This document shows, piece by piece, positions 12,831-23,979 of a DNA stretch of 36,978 nt. Made by a program: the position numbers and the translations under genes. The stretch covers positions 475,050 through 512,027 of the forward strand of contig NW_014577064.1 in the NCBI RefSeq assembly GCF_000485595.1, in the 5' to 3' direction. The stretch is from Priapulus caudatus. Its lineage: Eukaryota. How positions within the stretch are numbered: the stretch's first letter is position 1; every line of letters starts with the position of its first letter. The notes under the pieces were generated by a model. That model ran no database searches. It worked only from the letters and a program-made list of their open reading frames with translations, and was not told where the DNA came from.

Positions 12831-12903
12831 AGACTAACTGTGCTATTACACCCGAATCAGTATCATAGTAAACTCTGGATCTGTACCAGCCGTCAGTAAC
12901 GTA
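12831..12903 (+). other. GPN1: possible corrupted GPN1 exon 2
   Basis: Reads RLTVLLH and, after a frameshift, IVN...PAVSNV. This resembles GPN1 RLTxHLH...YVINLDPAVHEV. No clean frame or splice sites. Confidence 0.25.
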
Positions 12904-13197
12904 TAGGGGTTGGTTCAGATTAAATATAATTTATAATTACTTATAGTAAATGTATAAAAATACAATTTCCATTATGGGCCAGTAAAAGTTTTATTTAACT
13001 CACCCAAAATAGTGTTTATGCACTCGTTAAGCACGGCTCAACAGTTATACTGGCCGTGAAGCCCCTATAGAAATCACATTGTTTATGGCCACTAGTGTCT
13101 GTGCTTTTCCACCTAAAAACCCTGTGAAAGTACGAATGAAATATAATACATTACATGTACTTCTCCTCATCTTCAAATCCATAAATTTCTTATTTTG

Positions 13198-13230
13198 TTA
13201 GCTCATCTGACATAGTCAGATGCAGCTTGT
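13198..13230 (+). mobile_element. 5' end of Helentron-associated (HINE-like) element, cut by the gap
   Basis: TTAGCTCATCTGAC-ATA-GTCAGATGCAGCT stem-loop, nearly identical to the element start at ~31830. Confidence 0.6.
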
Positions 13231-14097
13231 NNNNNNNNNNNNNNNNNNNNNNNNNNNNNNNNNNNNNNNNNNNNNNNNNNNNNNNNNNNNNNNNNNNNNN
13301 NNNNNNNNNNNNNNNNNNNNNNNNNNNNNNNNNNNNNNNNNNNNNNNNNNNNNNNNNNNNNNNNNNNNNNNNNNNNNNNNNNNNNNNNNNNNNNNNNNNN
13401 NNNNNNNNNNNNNNNNNNNNNNNNNNNNNNNNNNNNNNNNNNNNNNNNNNNNNNNNNNNNNNNNNNNNNNNNNNNNNNNNNNNNNNNNNNNNNNNNNNNN
13501 NNNNNNNNNNNNNNNNNNNNNNNNNNNNNNNNNNNNNNNNNNNNNNNNNNNNNNNNNNNNNNNNNNNNNNNNNNNNNNNNNNNNNNNNNNNNNNNNNNNN
13601 NNNNNNNNNNNNNNNNNNNNNNNNNNNNNNNNNNNNNNNNNNNNNNNNNNNNNNNNNNNNNNNNNNNNNNNNNNNNNNNNNNNNNNNNNNNNNNNNNNNN
13701 NNNNNNNNNNNNNNNNNNNNNNNNNNNNNNNNNNNNNNNNNNNNNNNNNNNNNNNNNNNNNNNNNNNNNNNNNNNNNNNNNNNNNNNNNNNNNNNNNNNN
13801 NNNNNNNNNNNNNNNNNNNNNNNNNNNNNNNNNNNNNNNNNNNNNNNNNNNNNNNNNNNNNNNNNNNNNNNNNNNNNNNNNNNNNNNNNNNNNNNNNNNN
13901 NNNNNNNNNNNNNNNNNNNNNNNNNNNNNNNNNNNNNNNNNNNNNNNNNNNNNNNNNNNNNNNNNNNNNNNNNNNNNNNNNNNNNNNNNNNNNNNNNNNN
14001 NNNNNNNNNNNNNNNNNNNNNNNNNNNNNNNNNNNNNNNNNNNNNNNNNNNNNNNNNNNNNNNNNNNNNNNNNNNNNNNNNNNNNNNNNNNNNNNNN
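13231..14097. other. assembly gap (N run) inside GPN1
   Basis: Run of N. The GPN1 segment with the GPN motif and DTPGQ is absent from the visible sequence and would map here or nearby. Confidence 0.99.
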
Positions 14098-14222
14098 TAT
14101 ACATATACATGTACATCGGGAGTGAATAAAAACAATGTGTGTCAGTGATTGTTTTTATTCACTTCTGATTTACATGTACACACACACACACGTGCACGTG
14201 CACACACATATATGTCGCTGAG

Positions 14223-14377
14223 AGGGTCTATGTCCCCCAGGGTACTGCTGGAACGTACCCTGGTACTATCTAATATGCCGGACCGTACCTCGCCTACTCC
14301 ACTAACGAGTCTAGAGAGTCGCCTACGCCTACTCCCTAACCCTAACCCTAACCCTAACCATATCAGATAGTTACCAG
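14223..14377 (+). mobile_element. MITE with (CCCTAA)n core, 3'-truncated copy
   Basis: GGGTCTATGTCCCCCAGGGTACTGCTGGAACGTACC...(CCCTAA)4...TTACCAG matches the copies at 29271 and 35535. Confidence 0.85.
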
Positions 14378-14586
14378 ATTAGGACTAACCCCCTACTGTA
14401 GCATTTACTGTGAAAGCAGCTGCGGGGCCTCAGGGTTACTGAAAAGGAGATAGTCACCACCCTATACGCCATATAGGCGTGTGAAGGATTTAACTATTAT
14501 AATTAAACACCCTAGCGTAATTATGTGTAAAAATAAGTTGGGCATGTGTTATCGAGTTTTCACTGTTGATTCGTTTCTCTTCACAG

Positions 14587-14727
14587 GCATCTGCATTTCC
14601 TACAGTGATTGTATACGTGATGGACACACCACGTAGTGTCAATCCAGTCACATTCATGTCTAACATGCTCTATGCCTGCAGCATCATGTACAAGTATAAA
14701 CTCCCCTTCATAGTTGCTATGAACAAG
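14587..14727 (+). CDS. GPN1: GPN-loop GTPase 1 internal exon
   Basis: [59 protein letters not shown], a highly conserved GPN1 segment, 141 nt, phase 0-0. Confidence 0.95.
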
Positions 14728-15345
14728 GTGAGTTTGTTAGTTGTAGAAGCTTAGCCAGACGTCATTAATTAGATGCAGTCATAATTATGAATAATTATGG
14801 TAATCCATAAGTTTAATCACTAAGAAATGAAAAGTGAGTACAGTGACTGAGTTAGATGGGTGTTCTCCTGGAGTGGGATTGAAAAGGCTGCATTAATCTA
14901 CGGTCGTCAGAGGGATGTGCGGGATGACCCATCTTTTGCATGGATTCTGGAGCGAGTGACTGAACTGAATATAGGGGGCGCAGTGCGTCAATGTATTGCC
15001 ACTACAAGGGTGAAGCCAAGATAGGTCAGATATCCAGTTACCAGACCCACCCTGCTGATAGCATTCGATTATTTACTATAGTATAACGAATTAAATCATA
15101 ATATCACAAACACTTAATATTATCAAACTAAACACCTTCATGCTCAGAATGCATGTTATATGAAGGTTAGATTCTCCCTATTTTAAAAACCCTACAATTA
15201 CCTTGCTATGGTTGGCTATTTTATCATTTTAAACAGATATGTTACTGTGTAAATAAAATATTGATATTGTTAATAATTTTCTATGCTTAAAATCTAACTT
15301 GAAATAGATTAATACCTGTTATATATCATGTGTGTTGCATTATAG

Positions 15346-15492
15346 GTTGATGTAGTGGATAACCAGTTTGCAGTGGATTGGATGACGGATTTTGAGATTT
15401 TCCAGCAAGCTCTTGACAGTGAGACATCTTATGTGTCCAACCTTACACGCTCAATGAGTCTAGTTCTAGATGACTTCTACAGTGATCTTAAG
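15346..15492 (+). CDS. GPN1: GPN-loop GTPase 1 internal exon
   Basis: [60 protein letters not shown], 147 nt, phase 0-0. Confidence 0.95.
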
Positions 15493-15509
15493 GTTTGTCC
15501 TCGTGCTTT

Positions 15510-15577
15510 CTTCCTCTTTCTATTTCTCTCTTCTTTTGTCTCTCTCTCTCTCTCTCTCCTTTGTCTCTCTCGCGTCT

Positions 15578-15621
<44 letters not shown>

Positions 15622-15671
15622 CTGCCATTCATCCTCTCTCTCTCTCTCTCTCTGCTCTCTTTCTCTCTGCC

Positions 15672-15708
<37 letters not shown>

Positions 15709-15939
15709 CTCTCTCTCTCTCTCTCATCTCTCGTGTCTCTCTCTCTCTCTTGCCATTCTCTCTCTCCTCTCTCCTCTCCTCTCTCTTCTGCTCATCTCTC
15801 TTCTCTCTCTCTCTTCTCTCTCTCTGCTCATTCTCTCTCTCTCTTCTAGCCAATCTCTCTCTCTCTTCTCTCTGCCTCTCTCTCTCTCTCCTCTCTCTCT
15901 CTCCCCTCTCTCTCTCTCTCTCTCTCCTCACTGTCTCTC

Positions 15940-15992
<53 letters not shown>

Positions 15993-16100
15993 TCTCTTGC
16001 CATTCCTCTCTCTTCCTCCTCTCTCTCTATCTCTCTACTCTTTCCTCTTATCCTCTCTCTCTCCTCTCCTGTCTTCTCTTCTCTCTCTCTTCCTCTAGCT
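15510..16100. repeat. degenerate (CT)n microsatellite array in GPN1 intron
   Basis: Direct reading. Confidence 0.95.
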
Positions 16101-16248
16101 GCCAGCTTTTCCAAACCTATAGCCCTCTCCATTTTGTTATTTTGTCATTCTCAATCTGATCCCTATATAATCATCTAGAAACTCCGTGCTTTAGTCTGTA
16201 AATAATTTTGCATATTAAATTTAAACAATTGCTATTGCTTTTCTACAG

Positions 16249-16338
16249 TCAGCTAGAAATATCAGCCTGTCACAGGGATCTGGATTGGCCAATTTTTCCA
16301 AGCTCAATTGAATGAAGCAAGGTCTGGAATGACCTCAG
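16249..16338 (+). CDS. GPN1: GPN-loop GTPase 1 internal exon, indel-corrupted in this assembly
   Basis: TTTTCTACAG acceptor and CAG|GTGATT donor. Correcting scattered, mostly single-base insertion differences gives approximately SVGISAVTGSGLAEFFKLIDEARLEYL, matching GPN1 VVGVSAVxGxG...EY. As written it has an in-frame TGA and the wrong phase. Confidence 0.7.
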
Positions 16339-16415
16339 GTGATTTAATGTTGGAATCTTTCTGCCAATCACAGGTTTTATGTAGCTACAGTTAATTTACA
16401 TCATCCGGTAGCATG

Positions 16416-17215
16416 TTTTAGCTCACCTTGAATCTGTCAGCTTGAAGCTCATTGCCATGCCGGTTCGTCTAAGGTTCCGTTGTACGTCCGCCGTCCGTCC
16501 TTGCCGTACGTCAACATTTGAGTTTTCGCTCCGTCAACGATAACTTAGGAAACCGTTTTGGACCCACCATTGTGTTTGAAATTGCGGTGTAGTTGTTACT
16601 GCTGATGCCTTCCATATAGAACGTCCTATTTCTGAAGCGCACGCCAGTCGACGTTACTTTCGAAGCACCGGCCAATTTTTTGGCAAAACTGGAATGGCCA
16701 TAGGTCAGTTCAGGTTCAACGAGATTTGCACTCATTTTTGCGTATCGTGAATGAAGTAAGGGGTAGGCGGTTTAGATATCTTTAAAAAAAATATGCCAAA
16801 TTAGGTAGGGTTTGGCAATTATATAGCATATTATATAAACAAACAGTCTGTGGTGTCACACTCGTCTGGTTCATTTTACAAGATTTCATTGACAATGTCT
16901 TTAATGCAAAATTGGTATTTCCTCTCCACTCTGCCGATAAAACGTCTATATAGAGTAAAGATTACAAAACATGCCGGAATGCAGCATAAACCTATTTTAT
17001 TTCAGCGCCATCGCTTCCAAGCGGGTATAGCGCCATCTACGGGGTCACAAATTGTGATTCATTTTGGTTTTATAAATTATTATTGCGATATACAGATGGC
17101 AATCGTTTCTATAATGTACGTCGATGGTTGCTCAATTAAAACTGACTTTCTTCTTACTCACTCATTTGTGTCCTTTTTTGTGGTGAGCTACAGTGTCTTT
17201 GAACACTTTCATTAA
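16416..17215 (+). mobile_element. Helentron-associated HINE-like element, copy 1
   Basis: 5' TTTTAGCTCACCTTG, (GTCC)-type microsatellite ~16485-16512, core shared with copy 2, 3' GGTGAGCTA plus AGTGTC..ACACT hairpin and T-rich end. Confidence 0.75.
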
Positions 17216-17330
17216 TTTCACTGTCACTGAAAAACTAACTGAAAACTAAACTGTCACTGAACTAATCAAGAGCATGTTGCATATAAGCTCATAAATAATT
17301 AGTTTCATACTTATTTCTTAATACCAGTCA

Positions 17331-18198
17331 TTTTTAGCTCACCTTGACATCGTCAAGATGAGCTATTGCCATGGGGCGTTGTCTGTCGTACGTCCGTTCG
17401 TCCGTCCGTCAACATTTGGCTACGGTCAACGATAACTTGAGAACCGTTTGACCCACATGTTTCAAATTGCATACAGTTGTTACTCCTATGGAGAGAGATC
17501 GTGAACGTCCTATTGGAGCACGCCAGTTTGACCTTGCTTTCGCAGCCACGCCCCACTTTTTGGCAAAAATCGGAAATGCGCCATAAGTCAGTTCAGGCCT
17601 TCAACGGATTTTTGCAAATTTTTGTACCTTGTGAATGAATAAGTACTGGCCCCAAAACATATCACAGGGATTTTGATATTTTTTTTAAAATTATGCAAAT
17701 TAAGTAGACTTTGGCAATTTCACTATGCATTTCAGTGTCTGCCTACGGTCAACGATAACTTAAGAACCGATGTTTCAAATTGCATACAGTTGTTTACTCC
17801 CATGGGAGAGATTTGCACGTCTATTTTGGAGCCACGCCAGTCGACCTACTTCGAGCCACGTGCACTTTTTGGCAAAAATGAAAATGGCTATCTAGATTCT
17901 TTCGATTTTGTTAAATTTACCTACCTACCTACATGTAATATTGTGTTTTAGATTCTTCGTTACAGTAATTTGACTGGAATATTTTATTGCTTTTATTTGC
18001 GCGATAATCGAAAATTAAAATGGGATCAAAACTAACCCTGAAACAAAACAGTGACATTTCTATTAGTATAAAACAAGGAATAAAGGACATTTGATCACAT
18101 TTTGCCAGCCGTCATAATGAACACTTACAAATTTTAAATATTATCTCCCTCTTCTATCACACCCAAGGTGAGCTATAGTGTCATTGACACTTTCATTT
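17331..18198 (+). mobile_element. Helentron-associated HINE-like element, copy 2
   Basis: 5' subTIR TAGCTCACCTT with stem-loop AGCTCACCTTGAC-ATC-GTCAAGATGAGCT, (GTCC)n, internal tandem core (17420 and 17743, period ~323 bp), 3' subTIR AAGGTGAGCTA (18165-18175) and hairpin AGTGTC-ATT-GACACT. This is the layout of DINE-1/HINE/pearl-type elements. Confidence 0.85.
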
Positions 18199-18321
18199 CA
18201 CGTTATTATTGTTATTGCTGTTGAAATGTATGTTTCAAATTAAGACAACTCCACTGAATGTATGATTAATTTAGTCACATTTTCAAGCCTTCAGTAATCT
18301 ATCAACTTGTCTTACATAATC

Positions 18322-18615
18322 CAGAGATGCCAACCACTACGATTTATTCGTATTTTATACGAATTTCTATTATTTTTGGACCACTACGACCAGTTTGTAT
18401 CAAACTGCGAATTTCACTGTGATTTAAAAAAAATTTGTTGTCAATTTATTGTCATTTTTACCCTCAGAATGCAGGAAATTGCATCTCAGAATCAAAAATT
18501 TTTCCGGGGGGCATGCCGGATCCCCTAGCAAACTCGGGGTCACTACGTGACCCTCGAACTACTAATTTGATGGCCAGAAACTACAGATTGCTTCAAATAT
18601 GTGTTGGCATCTCTG
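18322..18615. mobile_element. MITE with 13-bp TIR and 7-bp TSD (P- or hAT-like)
   Basis: CAGAGATGCCAAC (18322-18334) / GTTGGCATCTCTG (18603-18615), flanked by CATAATC on both sides (18315-18321, 18616-18622). Confidence 0.88.
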
Positions 18616-18625
18616 CATAATCTAG

Positions 18626-18759
18626 TGGCTATCGGCAACATTACAACCGCATGAGGGAGGAGAAGGCCACTAAGGAGTCGCATCGAAGGGAGGAGGAGCT
18701 CAAAAGGTTACGTACAGACATGGCCGCCCCTGATGATGTGATGGAAAAACCATCGACAT
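18626..18759 (+). CDS. GPN1: GPN-loop GTPase 1 internal exon (coiled-coil region)
   Basis: TCTAG| GYRQHYNRMREEKATKESHRREEELKRLRTDMAAPDDVMEKPST |GTGAGT, aligning to GPN1 EYRPEYERL...LERLRKDM. Confidence 0.8.
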
Positions 18760-18986
18760 GTGAGTAATTATAAAAACTCCTGCATATATCAAAAGCATTC
18801 CATTGCAATATCCAAACTTTTGATTGACACTGTAAATGCGCATGTTAATGCTTTGAATCGTACATTTTTATAACACTACACATATATCACATGTTGACAG
18901 AAGAATTTTAGTCACAGGGTTGAGGGTTATTGCCAGCAAGGGTTGATGTGAGTTGAAGTCTCTAAATGTGATGTTTTCTGTTGCAG

Positions 18987-19067
18987 CTGGTTACCCATCA
19001 GATGACATTGTTATCAGACAAGGATCTGAATCTGAAGATTCTGACGACAATTCTCCTGTGGAGGAAG
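18987..19067 (+). CDS. GPN1: GPN-loop GTPase 1 penultimate exon (acidic tail)
   Basis: TTTTCTGTTGCAG| (S)GYPSDDIVIRQGSESEDSDDNSPVEE |GT. Phases join the flanking exons in frame. Confidence 0.72.
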
Positions 19068-19398
19068 GTCCGACTTGTGCTTGCGTTTTCATTTTACAAC
19101 AATAAGATATAGAAAGACGATTCCTGGATACAAATCTAAACTCGTTATGACCTCTGAAGGGGTACATCTGTGTAGGGTGTTCTTATGTTGTGTGTATTCA
19201 TTTGTCTCTTATATGAAGTGCTGCTTATATGTGGCAGTCGTACAGACGTAACTGGAATTTGCTACCTCGTCATCCTCTTGGTGTTAGTGACAAGGCTCCT
19301 CATACCCTATAACATGTATTTGTCAGATATTCATATGGGATGATGTATGTTTTATGCCTATAGTGTATCTCTAACATGAAGTATCGTTTTCATTGCAG

Positions 19399-19487
19399 AA
19401 GATGAAGAAGAGAAGAAAGAGAGGGAGTCGTTCATGCAGTTTCTAAAGAATGAAGGATCAAAGAAAGCAGACAAACAAACTGCTTAA
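19399..19487 (+). CDS. GPN1: GPN-loop GTPase 1 terminal exon
   Basis: TTTTCATTGCAG| (E)DEEEKKERESFMQFLKNEGSKKADKQTA* in frame with the previous exon, similar to the GPN1 C-terminal E...F..F motif. Confidence 0.78.
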
Positions 19488-19639
19488 GTACCACCCTACT
19501 AGTGATTTCATTTTTTATTTCATGGCATTATTTAAATATATTCTGTACATATGTAAAAACTGCAAGTAAAAGTAAGTATATCTATATAATTATGCATTGA
19601 TGATACTAATGTTGTATTATTGTATTACAATAGACTCTT

Positions 19640-19645
19640 AATAAA
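19640..19645 (+). terminator. polyadenylation signal for GPN1
   Basis: AATAAA about 150 nt after the stop codon in AT-rich sequence. Confidence 0.55.
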
Positions 19646-20215
19646 CTGAAACAGATGCATGCCAAGTATCTACCAAAAGAAATGTAATTTCATTATAATT
19701 ATGAAATTAAACAGAAGCAGTTGTTCACGAGTGGATTAATATGAAACGTGTATACCCAAATGTCTCACTTCTGTAACTATAAGGTGACAATTTTGACTGT
19801 TGAGTCAACTCTTTTAGATATACGATAGTTAGTCCTTATTAACCCCATCCCATTGACCTCGCTTTGTAAGGCCACATTCTTATTAGCACATGTGTTCGTG
19901 GTCTTGATCACTCTATGCCTGGTATGATCGTATTTATACCTCGATTATATCGATTATATAACTACTGTTGTTTATGGCCATAAATTGTTGTAGAACTAAC
20001 AGGTTCTTTACGTGGCGTAATGCAAGTGTACCTGTTGACAATTAATGCTGTGACGTCAGTGGTCAATACAACAGTACTTTGTCAAAAAAATTATGTAGAT
20101 TTATACGTCAGGTTTCGAAGTCTATGCCTACACTCTAACATGCATAATCGTCACACTGTAGCGACGTACGGCGGATCTTCCCTCGTGGTATTAAAGTGAT
20201 TACGTCACCGTAAAT

Positions 20216-20587
20216 TAGTGGTGTTCCGATTAATCGAGTTCGTCGATCATTACTCGTTTGGGCTGCCGAGTTGATTAATCGAGTAGAAAATCGGACGACC
20301 GAGTACAACCCGAACTTTTTTATATTTTTTTATTGAATTTGATGAGCCGTTATGTTGCAATGCCCTTTAGAGTGTTGCCCGTCCGTAACCCTAACAGTAT
20401 CCTTAATTTACTTACCATTAAATACTAGCTACACATACAATAATGTCAATATTCCTTCGCAATACACCGGTTGTGTCGACGATGACGCGTCGTCGCCGCA
20501 ATCTAAAATGATCGATGATTATTCGATCATCGGTCGTTTTGTAAAACCGATGATCGGTCATGAAATTTTGACCGATCTCCAACACTA
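20216..20587. mobile_element. hAT-family MITE
   Basis: TAGTG...CACTA termini, exact 8-bp TSD CCGTAAAT (20208-20215, 20588-20595), subterminal CGAT/ATCG repeats at both ends. Confidence 0.88.
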
Positions 20588-21049
20588 CCGTAAATAGTAA
20601 AAATAAAAAAAATATTTCCACTTTTTCACAAAATATAAGTAATTCTGTTCACTTTTTATGGTTAAATTGCATTATACTTCTTATTTTACTATATTGTTCG
20701 AGGTGAACATACACTCGTGACTCATACATAGTATAGCCCATAGCAAGCAATTAATGTCAGGAACACGTACAATATCAAATCGTCCAGGTTTTTTGGATTT
20801 TTAACTAGTTGAGAAACAATCTTATCAGGTAAGAATTTGACGATACGTTTGGTTCTTAAGTTAAGACGGATAAGTTAGTTCTTACTTTTAATGTAAAAAA
20901 TGGCAACAAAATTTTTACAAATTTTACCATAGAAAATTCGTCACGTAGTCAATTTAGTGAGCACTGTGTTTTGACTTTGCCTCATGTGTAGCTAAGCTGT
21001 GTACACGAATAGTAGCCAAGCCAGATGTAGTTTGTCCAATCATTGACAT

Positions 21050-21131
21050 TTATATATATAAATATACATAATATATAAATATATATATAAATATATAATA
21101 TATATGTATATATAAATATATATATATATAA
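21050..21131. repeat. (AT)n microsatellite
   Basis: Direct reading. Confidence 0.9.
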
Positions 21132-21368
21132 CTGATAACTCGTATACAGGCCAACGTCAAAATATATCTAATTGTGCGCTCACCTCTAGGCTGTCTTGAA
21201 TGAAGAGTGTAGTTTATGGTGCATTTACAACATCTATATTCCAATGGAACATGTGGGAACCAAAGGTATCCTATACGGTGATCTGATCTAGGATGAATAA
21301 TTGCGTGTTGGCATATTCCATCATCATTACTCAGTTAAGTGATTACATCCCCCCCTTCACACACACAC

Positions 21369-21600
21369 AGGTAAGATTTGGGCTAACGCTCCATTAGAGT
21401 GTTCCCAACTTTGATATCTTTAATGATTAATGATTAATGATTGATTAATCCTAAACCCTAACCTAAATGACATTAAACCACAAACTAATATATGACGCAT
21501 GACCATATAATATATTATATATATTATTATATGTTATTATGACCATTAACGACATTAAAGTTGGGAACACTCCTAATGAAGTATCACCCAGAATTTGCCT
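21369..21600. mobile_element. MITE with long imperfect TIR and CCCTAA-like core
   Basis: CATTAGAGTGTTCCCAACTTT (~21392-21412) is inverted against AAAGTTGGGAACACTCCTAATG (~21557-21578), and the pairing extends to AGGTAAGATT / AATTTGCCT. Core CCTAAACCCTAACCTAA ~21449-21466. Confidence 0.75.
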
Positions 21601-22112
21601 TGGCTACATATCCCTGAGATCGGACATAACTGTCGCTTACGTATTAGCTAGGACTAACGGAAGCTGAAAACACTAAATACATATATCCTACGTACCATGC
21701 TTATACTGAAGTGGGAATGGAGATGAAGGTTTATTCCAAACTTCGCAGGTATAACGTATGCCATTTCCCGTTTCCTGTTTAATTGCAATCACAATTTTTG
21801 CTGTTCCGCATCTCGGTTGACTTAGAATTAGTCTGGTACCAGATTTAGGTAGTTTTTCCCTGTTCCAATATCCAACCCTGCGTTGCGAAGGTTAGCGTTC
21901 CCCAGCTTTGCTATACCAATCCTAGGGATCGGTTGTGACTGTGTATACATCTCTGTGTATACATCTCTTATTACTTTCTCTGTGGGTATGTGACGCGAAA
22001 TCTTGTGTTTGGAGCGGTCATGCTCGACCACAATTTCTGAGACTACGTTTGATTTACTTCTCCCAAAAAAGCACTGTGAGGTGTGCAAACGGTGTTAAAT
22101 TACAAACACGAC

Positions 22113-22301
22113 ATGGGCGTCGATAGAATCGTACTGTTATTTGGCATAATCTCCAGTGCTGTAAACGGTAGTGGCTTTATTATCTCGGAAATAGGAAAAG
22201 CTTTGAGCGCGACGTCAGACACGGTTGAGTGTGTATGCAGGAGTCAGTTACTTAGCCACTCATTAGTTGGCCCGCATGCATCCAAGGCCAGTTCGCATTG
22301 A
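22113..22301 (+). CDS. candidate signal-peptide-encoding exon / short ORF
   Basis: GACATGG start context and MGVDRIVLLFGIISSAVNG with n/h/c-region pattern. Possible donors at 22169 and 22342. No family recognised. Confidence 0.25.
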   Translation: MGVDRIVLLFGIISSAVNGSGFIISEIGKALSATSDTVECVCRSQLLSHSLVGPHASKASSH

Positions 22302-22374
22302 GAGGAACACCGCCACGAGTCACGTCGCATATCATCGACCCGTAAGACGTGCCTAATTCATTTTCTCCCCCCCC

Positions 22375-22604
22375 CTCTCTCTCTCTCACACACTCACTCT
22401 CTCCCTCTCCCTCTCTATGTAACTCTCTGTGTGTGTGTCTCCCAGTCTCTCTTTCTCTCAGTCTCTCCATCTCCCGCAGTCTCTCTTTCTCTCTTTCTCT
22501 CGCGCTCTCTCTCTCTCTCTCTCTTCTCTCACTCTCATCCTCTCTATCCCACGCTCTCTTTCTCTCTCTCTTTCTCTCCCTCACTCTCCCCGCTCTCTAT
22601 CCCA

Positions 22605-22660
<56 letters not shown>
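22375..22660. repeat. (CT)n microsatellite
   Basis: Direct reading. Confidence 0.95.
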
Positions 22661-22664
<4 letters not shown>

Positions 22665-23835
22665 TCCCCCTCCACCAGCTTCCTGCCTCCTACCTGCCTC
22701 CACCACGCCTTCTCCTTCTCCCCCTCCTCCTTCTCCACAGCTTCTCCCCTCCTCCTGTCTCACCGCTTCTCCCCTCCTCCATTCTCCACCAGCTCCTCCT
22801 CCTCTTCTTCTACAGCTTCTCCTTCTCCCCCTTCCTCCTCCACCGAGCTTCTCTCGTATCTCCCTCTCGCCTCCAACAGCCTTCTCCCTATTCTCCCTCC
22901 TCCTCCTCTCCCCAGCTTCTCCTTCCCTCCTCACCCAGCTTCTCCCTTCTCCCCTCCTCCTTCGACTCACCGTCTTCTCCCTGTCCTTCTCAACCAGCTT
23001 TCTCCCTCCTCCTCATCCTACCAGCTTCTCCCTTCTCCCCCTCCTCTCTTTCTCTACCCAGGACTTCGCCCGCTTTTCACCAGCTTCTCCCTTCTCCTTC
23101 GTCACCGCCCCAGCCTCCTCCCCTTTCTCCTGCCTCCACCAGCCTGGTACTCCCCCTCCTCTTCTCTACCAGCTTCCCTTCTCCCCCCCTCCTCCTCCAC
23201 CGCGTTTCTCCCTTCTCCCTCCGTCCTCGTCCACCAGTTCTCCTTACCTTTTCCTCCACCAGCTTCTCCTTTCCCCCTCCTCCTTCATCACCAAGCTTTC
23301 CCCCTCTCCTTCTCCACGCAGTTCTCCCTCTTCCTCCTTCTCTACAGCCTTCTCCCTTCTCCCCTCCTCCTCCTCCACCAGCTTCTCCGTTCTCCCCTCC
23401 TCCTTTCTCTACCAGCATTCTCCCTTCTCCCCTGCCTCTTCTCACAGCTTCTCCCCCTCCTCCTTCTCTACAAGTTCTCCTTTTTCCCTCCTCCTGCCTC
23501 CACAGCTTCTCCCTTCTCTCCCTCCTCTTTCACTACCAGCCTTCTCCCTCTTCACCAGCTTCTCCCTTCTCAGTCTCACAGCCTCCCCCTTCCTCTCTCC
23601 ACAGCTTCTCCCTCCTCCTTCTCTCCGCTTCTCCCTTCTCCCCCTCTCCTCCGACCAGCTTCCCTTCCCCCTCCTGCTCCTCCACCAAGTTCTCCCTCCT
23701 CCTCCTCCACAGCTTCTCCTTCTCCCCTCCTCTTTCTACGAGGCAGCGTCTCCCTTCCTCCCTCGCCACCCGTTCTCCCCTCCTCCGTCTGCCACAGACT
23801 TTACTCCCCTCCTCCTCTACAGCCTTCTCACCGGC
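22661..23835. repeat. pyrimidine-rich minisatellite, ~30-bp unit (approx. CCTCCTCCTCCACCAGCTTCTCCCTTCTCC)
   Basis: CACCAGCTTCTCCC / CTACAGCCTTCTCCC anchors recur about every 30 nt over ~1.2 kb. Confidence 0.88.
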
Positions 23836-23979
23836 CATATAGCGTGATAGACGTGTGTGCGGCAGGGGGAGGGGCGTTACAGCTGGATACAATCAGAGTG
23901 TGATATGGAGCTAAGATATCCTGATTATCTACTCCTGAATACAATGCGCCCAGTTACACGTACAGGGCGGGCGCGGGCA

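Noticed and set aside
13190..14135. ~300-aa ORFs of X residues
   Set aside because: Translation through the N gap.
15470..16178. Ser/Leu and Arg/Glu repeat ORFs (also at 25445-26292)
   Set aside because: Translations of (CT)n/(GA)n microsatellites.
22349..23903. 470-497 aa Pro/Ser/Leu-rich ORFs in all three frames, resembling extensin or mucin
   Set aside because: A pyrimidine-only minisatellite lacks stop codons in every frame. No frame preference or splice support.
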